A stretch of 64,000 nucleotides of DNA from the NCBI GenBank assembly GCA_944393725.1, contig CALYBC010000001.1:6928-70927 (forward strand), read 5' to 3'. The DNA comes from an uncultured Alphaproteobacteria bacterium. GTDB taxonomy: Bacteria > Pseudomonadota > Alphaproteobacteria > RF32 > CAG-239. Position numbers and translations under genes: made by a program. Of this stretch, positions 49,044 to 56,708 are shown in pieces (positions within the stretch are counted from its first letter, which is position 1; each line of letters opens with the position of its first letter). The notes below the pieces were generated by a model. It searched no databases. It worked only from the letters and a program-made list of their open reading frames with translations, and had not been told where the DNA came from.

Positions 49044-49058
49044 AAATATCATAAATTC

Positions 49059-49089
49059 CAAAAAATCCGCCGTAATGGCGGATTTTTTT
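49059..49089 (+). terminator. Rho-independent terminator after the bactofilin gene
   Basis: atccgcc / ggcggat stem, 5-nt loop, TTTTTT tail. Confidence 0.8.
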
Positions 49090-49119
49090 ATGAAAACAAT
49101 CATATTGCAAATAGAGCTT

Positions 49120-49135
49120 TGGCACAAAAATTGCA
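49120..49135 (+). promoter_or_regulatory. Sigma54 (-24/-12) promoter of flgE
   Basis: TGGCAC-AAAAA-TTGCA, an exact consensus match about 38 nt upstream of the flgE ATG. Confidence 0.8.
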
Positions 49136-49173
49136 TATGGTTGTGTAAGTTAATCTTTTTTATGAGGTTTAAT

Positions 49174-50385
49174 ATGACTATTGCCAGCTTTATTCCTTCA
49201 GTTACCGGTATGAGTGCCATGAGCCATGCTCAGCAGACCGTGGCGGAAAATATTGCCAATATGAACACTACCGGTTATAAACAAAACGAGACTCTGTTTT
49301 ATAGTCTGCTTGGGTCTTCCGGACTTAATGCCGGTGCACAGAGCGGTCTTAACTCCTCAAGAACGGCTATTGATGGTGTCGGATATTATGATAGAACCAA
49401 TATATCTATTGAAGGCTCCGTACAATCTACCGGAAATGTTTTTAATTTGGCTATTAATGGTAACAGTAATGCTTTTTTTAGCTTAAATGACGGATATGGT
49501 AATATATATTATACCAGAGCCGGAGATTTTAACAAATTATCGCAAGATGATGTTACCTATCTGGTTTCGCAAAGCGGTTTGTATGTACAAGGTTTTGCTT
49601 CTATTAACGGTGAAGATCAATTTGCCACGACACCTTCAGATATCATTATTGATGCACCGCAAACAATTCCTCAAAAAGAAACAACACAAGCTTCAATAAT
49701 TGCCAATGTTCCGGCTAAGGATGTAGACAGCAGTGTCTATTCTGTCAGAATCTACTCCCAAAATTATGACGGAGCCAATTTGAATATGGTCTTTAACAAA
49801 ATTGAAGGACAAGAAAATTCTTGGAATGTATCCTTTGAATTAGAAGATGGGACTGCCGTCGGAAGTACTACCGAGGTAGTGTTCAATACTGACGGAACTA
49901 TAAAAACTCCGGAAAATATCGATGTTGCCATCACTTGGGACGATGGCTCAACCAGCAACGTAAATATTGATATATCCAAAATGACCCAATATGGCGAAAG
50001 CTCACAAATTACCAATATTCAACAAAACGGCTTCCCTTCCGGGAATCTTGTGTCAATCGGATTTGAAAAGGATGGCGTCTTACGAGCTTATTACAGCAAT
50101 GACAGCGAAGTGAGTATTGCTAAAATTGCCCTAACCTCTTTCGCCGCCCCGGAAAATTTAACTCCGATAAATAACACATTATTTGAAGCAAATGGCGAAA
50201 CCGGTGAAACTTATTTTACTGAAGCTGATGGAGTAATTGTACCTGAATCATTAGAATCGTCTTCCGTAAATCTGGAAGAAGAGTTTTCCAGAATGATTGT
50301 TGTACAAAGGGCATATTCCTTGAATGCTCAAAGCTTTACCGTTAACAATGAAATGCTTTCGGTATTGGTCGATCTTAAGAGCTAA
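49174..50385 (+). CDS. flgE: Flagellar hook protein FlgE
   Basis: The ATG at 49174 follows GAGG. SVTGMSAMSHAQQTVAENIANMNTTGYK N-terminal rod/hook motif. C-terminal SSVNLEEEFSRMIVVQRAYSLNAQSF. Confidence 0.85.
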   Translation: MTIASFIPSVTGMSAMSHAQQTVAENIANMNTTGYKQNETLFYSLLGSSGLNAGAQSGLNSSRTAIDGVGYYDRTNISIEGSVQSTGNVFNLAINGNSNAFFSLNDGYGNIYYTRAGDFNKLSQDDVTYLVSQSGLYVQGFASINGEDQFATTPSDIIIDAPQTIPQKETTQASIIANVPAKDVDSSVYSVRIYSQNYDGANLNMVFNKIEGQENSWNVSFELEDGTAVGSTTEVVFNTDGTIKTPENIDVAITWDDGSTSNVNIDISKMTQYGESSQITNIQQNGFPSGNLVSIGFEKDGVLRAYYSNDSEVSIAKIALTSFAAPENLTPINNTLFEANGETGETYFTEADGVIVPESLESSSVNLEEEFSRMIVVQRAYSLNAQSFTVNNEMLSVLVDLKS

Positions 50386-50388
50386 AAT

Positions 50389-50823
50389 ATGAAGCTGATA
50401 TTACAAATATTTTTGACCGTGTGGAATTTTTGGTTTACTTTGCCGGATAAAATAAGATTCGTGTTGGTCGGCGGCTTTAACGCCACTGTATCGTATCTTA
50501 TGTATGTCGGTTTTGTGCTATGGTTTGGAGAAGGGAAATACTGGATGTCCATGACTTTGGCTTGGATTTTTTCTTCTTTTATTTCTTTTGCAACACAAAA
50601 AATATTTGTCTTTCAAACTAAAGGCAAATTTGCCGATTGGGTGCAGGAGTATATAAAATGTGTCGGCGTTTGGATAGTGGCGTACCTGATTAATGTAGTG
50701 ATGTTGGAAATATTTGTAAGAATCGCCGGCATAAATGTTTATCCGGCTCAGTTTTTGGCTATTGTATGCACCACCGTATCTAGCTATATCTTATTTAAAT
50801 ATTTTGCTTTTAGAAAAAAATAA
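50389..50823 (+). CDS. GtrA-family membrane protein
   Basis: Four-TM 144-aa protein. RFVLVGGFNATVSYLMYV is the GtrA signature. Starts 3 nt after the flgE stop. Confidence 0.7.
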   Translation: MKLILQIFLTVWNFWFTLPDKIRFVLVGGFNATVSYLMYVGFVLWFGEGKYWMSMTLAWIFSSFISFATQKIFVFQTKGKFADWVQEYIKCVGVWIVAYLINVVMLEIFVRIAGINVYPAQFLAIVCTTVSSYILFKYFAFRKK

Positions 50824-50873
50824 GGAGCCTGAGGCACTTTCGCTCCGGCTCCCTATCTTGGAGTTATTGGATT

Positions 50874-51161
50874 CTACTTCGTTTTTTTGGAAGTTTTTTT
50901 AGTTGTATTTTTAATTGCCGAAGCTGGTTTCAAAATGATTGATTTAGCACTGCGTAAAGCCGGCTTGCAAGCGGTTTTCTTGGGCATAAGCACTTTAACC
51001 GATGAAGATTTTTTGGGTGACTTCAAAGAAATAGAAGACTTATTGTAAAGTTGATTAATTGCTGCATCCCAGTCGCTCAAGCTAGAATTGGCAGGGCAAC
51101 CGTTGTTTTTCCAAATAAAGTAAGCAGCTTCTCTGATGGCATCTTCATTAAAATTGTACAT
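50874..51161 (-). CDS. DUF2934-like protein with Lys/Ser-rich basic tail
   Basis: IREAAYFIWKNNGCPANSSLSDWDAA resembles the DUF2934 core. The C-terminal half is a K/S/T-rich low-complexity tail. Confidence 0.55.
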   Translation of the reverse strand: MYNFNEDAIREAAYFIWKNNGCPANSSLSDWDAAINQLYNKSSISLKSPKKSSSVKVLMPKKTACKPALRSAKSIILKPASAIKNTTKKTSKKTK

Positions 51162-51262
51162 TTTAGTTCTCCAAAATTAAGTTATCACATACTGTCGATT
51201 TTCTTTTATCTATAATTGGTTAAAAAATGGTTTAGATAGTCTAAATTATTTAAAATTACCAA

Positions 51263-51332
51263 GGCTTCGAGCGCGTACTCCTTTCGCCACAAAAAAACCG
51301 CCCTTACCGGCGGTTTTTTAATGGCGGGAGTG
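51263..51332. repeat. Direct repeat copy A: terminator region plus the last 11 nt of tRNA-Asp (displaced partial copy)
   Basis: 70 nt aligned to 51471..51540. The tRNA-proximal 47 nt (gccacaaaaaaaccgcccttaccggcggttttttaatggcgggagtg) are identical. The distal part differs at cgcg/taca and tc/tt. Confidence 0.85.
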
Positions 51333-51470
51333 GACTAAGGCTCCTCCAGTTTGATTTGTAACACTCGCCGGTGGCACTATCGCTGCCGGCTCGTTAACAA
51401 TTCTACGCCGCAAAGGCCTCGCAGCCAAACTATTGGCTGCTCCTTGCTTTGCGCCACGCGACAAGGTCAC

Positions 51471-51540
51471 GGCTTCGAGTACATACTCCTTTTGCCACAA
51501 AAAAACCGCCCTTACCGGCGGTTTTTTAATGGCGGGAGTG
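51471..51540. repeat. Direct repeat copy B: genuine 3' end of tRNA-Asp plus its terminator
   Basis: See copy A. Spacing between the copies is 208 nt. Confidence 0.85.
51498..51527 (-). terminator. Rho-independent terminator of tRNA-Asp (bidirectional shape)
   Basis: accgcc / ggcggt stem, 6-nt loop, A-run and T-run on either side. An identical copy lies at about 51290..51319. Confidence 0.75.
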
Positions 51541-51606
51541 ACGGGGCTCGAACCCGCGACCTTCTGCGTGACAGGCAGACGCTCTAACCAACTGAGCTAC
51601 ACCCCC
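51530..51606 (-). tRNA. tRNA-Asp (anticodon GTC), CCA encoded
   Basis: Minus strand reads GGGGGTG/TA/GCTC-AGTTGGTTA-GAGC/G/TCTGC-CTGTCAC-GCAGA/AGGTC/GCGGG-TTCGAGC-CCCGT/CACTCCC-G-CCA. 77 nt. Confidence 0.93.
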
Positions 51607-51738
51607 AAACTTCGTGTTTCCTTATAAACAACAAAAATTATAATTGCAAGCTTTTTTTTATCATTTTGTGTATTTTTATTTTTTATTCATATTTGTGTAT
51701 TATTCTCTTTTATACACATTAACTTTTTTTTACTTTAT

Positions 51739-53193
51739 TTGAACTTACCTTATATATATACTGGTGCGAGTTTGAACCATAGGGAGATCATTGTTTTGAA
51801 AGCTCTTCTAAAATCTAAATATAAACATAAGGTTATTAATTTTTGTTATTTTGCCGCAGTGTCAGCCGCTTTTGTGCTATCATTGGCTCATAATAATAAA
51901 GTTGAAGCTTCTGTTGATACTAAAGATTATTTTTCTTATCTGATGGTTGAAAATACCGTTAACTCTAATCTGAACTCTGTCGACGATTTTTCTACAGAAT
52001 CGGTAGAAAGTATCAGACAAATGTTTGATATGGTGGATAATCTGGTAAAGTACCGCAATGAGGAAAAAGAAATAGTTCTTAATCCCGGTGATACGCTTAT
52101 CTCCGCACTGAATGATATCGGCATATCAAGAGATGATGCTAACGATATTTATTATTCATTAAAAGAGGAATTTGATCCAAGAGATTTGAAAGCCGGACAG
52201 AAAATTAAAGTTAATCTTGCCTTTGATGCTCAAACCGACAAAATGATTAACCTTAATTATATTATAATTGAACCTCAAGTTGGTGAAAGAATTATAACCG
52301 CCCTCAAAGACGGAAATTATCAAACCTTTGTCGAAAAAGACGAATTTATTGATGAAGTTAACTCTATTACCGGTGAAATTGACGGTAACCTCTCGGTTGC
52401 CATGCAAAAACATGGAATTCCAATGCGTATCATCAGCAACTTTATCAATCTTTTCTCTTATTCCGTCGATTTTCGCCGCGATATCAAAACCGGTGACCAT
52501 TTTGAGATTGTCTATGAGAGCAAAGTGTTGCCTGACGGTTCTTTAGTTAAAAGCGGCGATATTTTATATGCCGGTCTGTTGCTGGGTAACCAAAAACTGG
52601 CTCTTTACAGATTTGAAAATGGCAATGCTTCCGCTGATTATTTTGACGAAAAAGGCCGAGCTTTGAAAAAAACACTCGATCGCAAACCAATGGCTTTCAA
52701 AAATGCACGAATTTCCTCGCCTTTTGGTAAGAGATATCATCCTATTTTGAAAAAATACAAAATCCATTGGGGCGTTGACTATGCTGCGCCTAAAGGAACT
52801 GCTATTTATGCCGGCGGTGATGGTGTTGTGCAAGTGGCAAAATATAATGGTTCTTACGGTAACTATGTCAAAATAAGACATAATTCGGAGTACTCTACCG
52901 CATATGGTCATATGAATGGCTTTGCCAGAGGTATAAGACCAGGTACCAGAGTTAAACAAGGACAAATCATCGGTTATGTCGGTTCTACGGGACGCTCTAC
53001 CGGCCCTCACCTCCATTATGAAGTCATTAAAAACGGTCGACGCGTTAATCCCAGAACGATTAAAGCCGCGACGGGTGAGAATTTGGCCGGAAGTAAGTTA
53101 GCTAAATTCAAAAAAATTGTAGCTCAAATTGATAACAATTATACTAAAGATTTTGCTAAAAAACGCGAAGACACCAAACTGGCTCAAAAATAA
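51739..53193 (+). CDS. M23 peptidase, MepM/Csd3-like (membrane-anchored murein endopeptidase)
   Basis: TM FCYFAAVSAAFVLSLA. C-terminal HWGVDYAAPKGT...GSTGRSTGPHLHYEV. The start is uncertain: a TTG at 51796 preceded by GGGAG is plausible. Confidence 0.8.
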   Translation: MNLPYIYTGASLNHREIIVLKALLKSKYKHKVINFCYFAAVSAAFVLSLAHNNKVEASVDTKDYFSYLMVENTVNSNLNSVDDFSTESVESIRQMFDMVDNLVKYRNEEKEIVLNPGDTLISALNDIGISRDDANDIYYSLKEEFDPRDLKAGQKIKVNLAFDAQTDKMINLNYIIIEPQVGERIITALKDGNYQTFVEKDEFIDEVNSITGEIDGNLSVAMQKHGIPMRIISNFINLFSYSVDFRRDIKTGDHFEIVYESKVLPDGSLVKSGDILYAGLLLGNQKLALYRFENGNASADYFDEKGRALKKTLDRKPMAFKNARISSPFGKRYHPILKKYKIHWGVDYAAPKGTAIYAGGDGVVQVAKYNGSYGNYVKIRHNSEYSTAYGHMNGFARGIRPGTRVKQGQIIGYVGSTGRSTGPHLHYEVIKNGRRVNPRTIKAATGENLAGSKLAKFKKIVAQIDNNYTKDFAKKREDTKLAQK

Positions 53194-53194
53194 T

Positions 53195-53224
53195 AAATAA
53201 GCCCCGAAATATTGGGGCTTATTT
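53195..53224. terminator. Bidirectional hairpin shared by the M23 gene (+) and the last prophage gene (-)
   Basis: aaataagcccc / ggggcttattt, an 11-bp stem with an 8-nt loop. The right arm overlaps the o-spanin stop codon. Confidence 0.7.
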
Positions 53225-53443
53225 ATTACGGCATATTTCTAGCTGTTGCCTTAGCTTATTTATTCTTGCCAGCCATTCCCAAAATGCTTTTCCTTCAAAT
53301 TCCCGTAATTCTGAAGCAACCTCTTGCCCTGCTATCGGATAGATCGGACAAACTTCATAATTGGTTTGTGCGCATGAGCTCAAGAAGCTCAAGCTTAGAA
53401 GAATGAGGACGAGACAATATTTCTTCTTGCTTTGATTTAACAT
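53219..53443 (-). CDS. Outer-membrane spanin (Rz1-like lipoprotein)
   Basis: Lipobox LSFLSS|C. The gene overlaps the 3' part of the preceding TM-anchored ORF in another frame, directly downstream of the endolysin. Confidence 0.6.
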   Translation of the reverse strand: MLNQSKKKYCLVLILLSLSFLSSCAQTNYEVCPIYPIAGQEVASELREFEGKAFWEWLARINKLRQQLEICRNK

Positions 53444-53564
53444 ATTTTATCACCTCCACTTCCTTTATTTTTGTATCTACCTGACAGTGAGAACGCCCTA
53501 AAAAATAGCTAAAAGACAATAATATTGCCCAAATAAATGCTTTTCTTAATATTTGCATTAACAT
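53355..53564 (-). CDS. Inner-membrane spanin (Rz-like)
   Basis: 69 aa. N-terminal TM AFIWAILLSFSYFL followed by a charged helical segment. Overlapped-spanin arrangement. Confidence 0.55.
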   Translation of the reverse strand: MLMQILRKAFIWAILLSFSYFLGRSHCQVDTKIKEVEVIKYVKSKQEEILSRPHSSKLELLELMRTNQL

Positions 53565-53570
53565 GTCCTT

Positions 53571-54041
53571 TCATAACTTAAATTCACCGTTTTTTATAGT
53601 ATTAGCAATCCTAATGGCTCTTTTTCCGACATCATTGGCGTATTGCGAATTGAGGCATTCATTTGCCGCTTTTGTGTAGTTTCCTGCTGCAATATAACTC
53701 AACATCTTCTTAAATTTTAACACCCCGCTGACACCTAAATTAAAGGCCATATCTATCAGAGCATATTGCCTTTCGCCATCTAGCTCCTTAAAAAAATCTA
53801 TTTTTTTGGCAAGCTCACGATATATTCTTTTGATATCATTCCTTAGTAAATACATAGCGGCACATTTGGTAATGCCATGATGCCAATCACCGACCACTTT
53901 TTCTTCTTCTTTGGTTAAAGGATTGGTATCCAAACATCTGCCAACACCTATGGTTTGTTTTCCTTTGGTGCAAAAATAGGGCTGCAGACGCAGCCCTTCG
54001 TGTAACAATATTCTTTGCGATACTTTATACATGTCTATCAT
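53571..54041 (-). CDS. Endolysin, GH24 T4-lysozyme family
   Basis: LLHEGLRLQPYFCTKGKQTIGVGR catalytic-Glu region. ALIDMAFNLG. Confidence 0.85.
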   Translation of the reverse strand: MIDMYKVSQRILLHEGLRLQPYFCTKGKQTIGVGRCLDTNPLTKEEEKVVGDWHHGITKCAAMYLLRNDIKRIYRELAKKIDFFKELDGERQYALIDMAFNLGVSGVLKFKKMLSYIAAGNYTKAANECLNSQYANDVGKRAIRIANTIKNGEFKL

Positions 54042-54045
54042 TCTA

Positions 54046-54192
54046 TTAAACTCCTATCAGTAGTAATAATCCATTTATCAATGTCGACCATCCTTTACCC
54101 ACGGTTTCGGCATGTTCGGGCCAGATAAAACAAACGGTGGTATAAATTACAACCACCGCCAGTATCAGATATTGTACATATTTCTTTTTCAC
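54046..54192 (-). CDS. Unlisted 48-codon membrane ORF (holin/antiholin candidate)
   Basis: Below the ORF-track size cutoff. The GTG at 54192 overlaps the upstream stop (ATGTGA). Hand translation gives VKKKYVQYLILAVVVIYTTVCFIWPEHAETVGKGWSTLINGLLLLIGV-stop. Ends 4 nt before the endolysin ATG. Confidence 0.4.
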   Translation of the reverse strand: MKKKYVQYLILAVVVIYTTVCFIWPEHAETVGKGWSTLINGLLLLIGV

Positions 54193-54437
54193 ATCTTTTT
54201 TCCTTTTTTATCAAACAGCATATCCAACTTAACCTTAACTTCCGTCAACAAATCATTTTGTTTGTTTAAAAGATTGGTTAGGTTTTCCATACGAATGTCA
54301 TGGCTATCATATATCTTTTCCAAAGTAGAAACTTGGGTTTCTACTTTTCCTTGCCAACGGCCGAAGCGGATAAAATTGGTAATAACACCGCCAATGGCCG
54401 CAAGTCCGGTAATAACTCCCCAGTCCATCATCTCCAA
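54189..54437 (-). CDS. Single-TM plus coiled-coil membrane protein (holin-like by position)
   Basis: WGVITGLAAIGGVITNFIRF TM followed by a charged helix. Lies upstream of the endolysin. Confidence 0.45.
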   Translation of the reverse strand: MEMMDWGVITGLAAIGGVITNFIRFGRWQGKVETQVSTLEKIYDSHDIRMENLTNLLNKQNDLLTEVKVKLDMLFDKKGKKM

Positions 54438-54769
54438 CCTTTCAAAAACTGATATATATTTATGCTGACTTTTGCTATTTGAGCCTTAAATTTATTTAGG
54501 CCGTTTTCCAGCCAAAGCTCTATCAAAATATCGGTTGCTTCTTTACGCCTGTATTTATCTTTATTTCGACACATAAAGTCGTGAATACAACTTGCCTTTA
54601 TACCTTGTCTTAAATCTTTATTGGAGAAAAGCATGGTAAATGGTGCCGGTATGGTTACTCCGTCAAAAATAAAGCCTTTGGGAACAACTATATTGCGATG
54701 TGTTATTTTTTTTAGGGTAATATAATTAATTCCTACAACGGCAAATTCCGGTTTTTTATTATTTTCCAT
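54428..54769 (-). CDS. DUF1353-like phage protein
   Basis: FIFDGVTIP and CIHDFMC resemble DUF1353 motifs. Common next to fibre genes. Confidence 0.45.
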   Translation of the reverse strand: MENNKKPEFAVVGINYITLKKITHRNIVVPKGFIFDGVTIPAPFTMLFSNKDLRQGIKASCIHDFMCRNKDKYRRKEATDILIELWLENGLNKFKAQIAKVSINIYQFLKGWR

Positions 54770-54771
54770 AA

Positions 54772-55293
54772 TTACACCTCACTGTTCCAGGTAATTTTAG
54801 CCAAATCTTCTACACTTTGGCAGTTTTCTATTTGCTCTTTTAGTGCGGTTGCTTTGATATGACAACTGTTTGACCAAGCAGCCAAAGCCACAACCAGTCC
54901 CAAAAGTTCTTGAGCATTAAGATCTATTGTCGTGTTGTCTTGGCAAGTCCAGGTAATTTTATTGTCTTCGCTTGCCGGAAGTAAGCTCATGGCCTGAGCC
55001 GCACAAGACATTCTCTGACAAGATATAGGGTCAGAATCAAATATTTTTCCCAAATATTCAAAACCGCCCTGTTCGGCAGCATCACGGGCGGCATTTATCT
55101 CTTCTCGCTTTTCAATCTTCAATGCTTCAAGTGATTTTTGCGGGGCATACCCTTTTAAATACCACTTGCCGTTATAGGCTTGTTCGACCTCTTGCTCGGC
55201 CATTCCGATAGATTGATAAAACTTTGCGTTCGTTCCTGTGCCGACCTCGCAAAGCTTAGTTTCATGGTTTACAATTTTAGCAAATTTAAACAT
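54772..55293 (-). CDS. DUF4376-like protein (tail-fibre associated)
   Basis: EEINAARDAAEQGGFEYLGKIFDSD...IDLNAQELLGLVVAL fits my memory of the DUF4376 pattern. Directly follows the fibre gene. Confidence 0.4.
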   Translation of the reverse strand: MFKFAKIVNHETKLCEVGTGTNAKFYQSIGMAEQEVEQAYNGKWYLKGYAPQKSLEALKIEKREEINAARDAAEQGGFEYLGKIFDSDPISCQRMSCAAQAMSLLPASEDNKITWTCQDNTTIDLNAQELLGLVVALAAWSNSCHIKATALKEQIENCQSVEDLAKITWNSEV

Positions 55294-56704
55294 TGTTTAC
55301 TCCTTTAAATGGAAAGAAAAAATTTTTTCCTGCGGCTGCAGGTGTATTGCTTGATATCACATCATCTTTTTTAACATCTAATTGTGCATTAACTCTTCCT
55401 CTAACACTTCCCTCCCCTGTTTCTATATAAACAAGGACATTATTTATAGAAAGATTTGCCTCAGCACCTACATTGCCTGTAATGTTTATATTTACTACAC
55501 CATCAGCAGGAGCGATGTAAGGTAACGAAGATATAGTAATTCCTGCTGAATAATCAGGGATGCACCAAGCAACTGCTGTTTCTTTTCCTTGTGTGTCTAC
55601 ATTATCAAGCCCTAAATTAGCCTTACCGCCTAAAGCTGTCATAAACTCTGCTGCCTGTGCTGCACTTGCTTCTGCGGCACTTGCATAGAGAACTACATAC
55701 GCTCTATATATAACATTATCAGGATTTACTTTTGCTCCGTCTTGATATGCTGGTGATGAACGAGAAGCATCAAAAGTTGCACTATAACATTGAGGGTTTG
55801 GATTAGACCATCCAGATGGGATTAATGTAGTAACAACTTCAAAACTTCCTGTATTTGGATCAAAACCAGATGAACCACCAAATAAAGTGCCGGTAATGTT
55901 AGGTAAACTTTCAGCACCAAATGCTAGTGTGGTATCACTAGCTTTAATATAAATATCTTTCAACAATGGTACTTTGAAGCTTGTTGTTGCAGTATCAAGT
56001 GCAAACAAACCACAAGAGCCATTTGTTGATACACTATCATTAAATGTTGCAAAATCTGTTGAGCTTATTTTACCGTCGACAAGCATTTGATAAATATCAG
56101 GAAAAGCCGCTTGAGTATATTCTGCACCGTCACACCAAGCACCGCCGTTGGGAACATCGGTTCGGGTGGTGTATTTTATATCGCCGATATTGCCGAATGA
56201 TGATTTAGCTATTGCCAAAGCCGCACTGTCTGCCGCACTTGAAGCCGATTGAGCAGCTTCTTGTGCCGATTGGCTGGCCTCGGCGGCCTTCTGTGTGGCT
56301 TGAGCACTCTGGTTTGTTGCTTCTTGGGCATGTGTTTCGGTATTATCGGCGTAAACTTTAACCAGTGTTAATTTCTCGTCCATTGTCGGAAGTATGCTCG
56401 TGGACATATATGAATCTATTTCACCTTTGTTGACAGACACAAAATTATCTATAGTGCTTTGTGCCGATTGAGCAGCACTTGAAGATGCATCTTCTATCCC
56501 TTGTGCAATTTGCTCTGCCATGTCTGTTTGAGCTTTAAGAATAACGGCATCCAAAGTTGGCTTTGACACCTCATTGACATATTGCTCTATTTCTTGTTTT
56601 CCGGAGGCTATGTAACGAATTCCGCAATCAATATCCAAACTTACTTCGTCGCAAAACAAAACTTCTATTTTTTCTCCGGAGTTTAGTACTATCGTATTTT
56701 CCAT
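55286..56704 (-). CDS. Tail fibre protein (collar-like domain, second copy)
   Basis: Ala/Gln/Ser heptad-like stretch (ATQKAAEASQSAQEAAQSASSAADSAALA). GGAWCDGAEYTQAAFPDIYQML collar-like motif. SLPNITGT motif shared with 57070..57846. Confidence 0.7.
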   Translation of the reverse strand: MENTIVLNSGEKIEVLFCDEVSLDIDCGIRYIASGKQEIEQYVNEVSKPTLDAVILKAQTDMAEQIAQGIEDASSSAAQSAQSTIDNFVSVNKGEIDSYMSTSILPTMDEKLTLVKVYADNTETHAQEATNQSAQATQKAAEASQSAQEAAQSASSAADSAALAIAKSSFGNIGDIKYTTRTDVPNGGAWCDGAEYTQAAFPDIYQMLVDGKISSTDFATFNDSVSTNGSCGLFALDTATTSFKVPLLKDIYIKASDTTLAFGAESLPNITGTLFGGSSGFDPNTGSFEVVTTLIPSGWSNPNPQCYSATFDASRSSPAYQDGAKVNPDNVIYRAYVVLYASAAEASAAQAAEFMTALGGKANLGLDNVDTQGKETAVAWCIPDYSAGITISSLPYIAPADGVVNINITGNVGAEANLSINNVLVYIETGEGSVRGRVNAQLDVKKDDVISSNTPAAAGKNFFFPFKGVNNV

Positions 56705-56708
56705 TGTA

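Noticed and set aside
51333-51470. Hypothesis that the GC-rich segment ending in ...CACTCCCGCCA is a two-piece (permuted) alphaproteobacterial tmRNA acceptor piece, or a 4.5S/SRP RNA
   Set aside because: No T-arm (GGTTCGA-type loop) precedes the acceptor-like 3' end. No tag reading frame ends in a hydrophobic ..AA stop with a plausible resume codon. The AAGGAGCAGCC string resembles the SRP domain IV sequence but sits on the wrong side of its hairpin, and there is no GNRA tetraloop. It is kept only as an unassigned structured element.
51318-51627. Track ORFs 51318..51500 (-), 51351..51587 (+) and 51433..51627 (+)
   Set aside because: They run through the tRNA-Asp gene, its terminator and the repeat, so they are translations of structured RNA sequence.
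51739-53193. Idea that the 484-aa M23 peptidase is a phage lysin or cargo gene, which would make tRNA-Asp the prophage boundary
   Set aside because: It is on the opposite strand to all phage genes and has the TM plus Csd3/MepM-like architecture of housekeeping endopeptidases. The tRNA 3' end also points away from the prophage. This is not fully excluded (see the junction finding).
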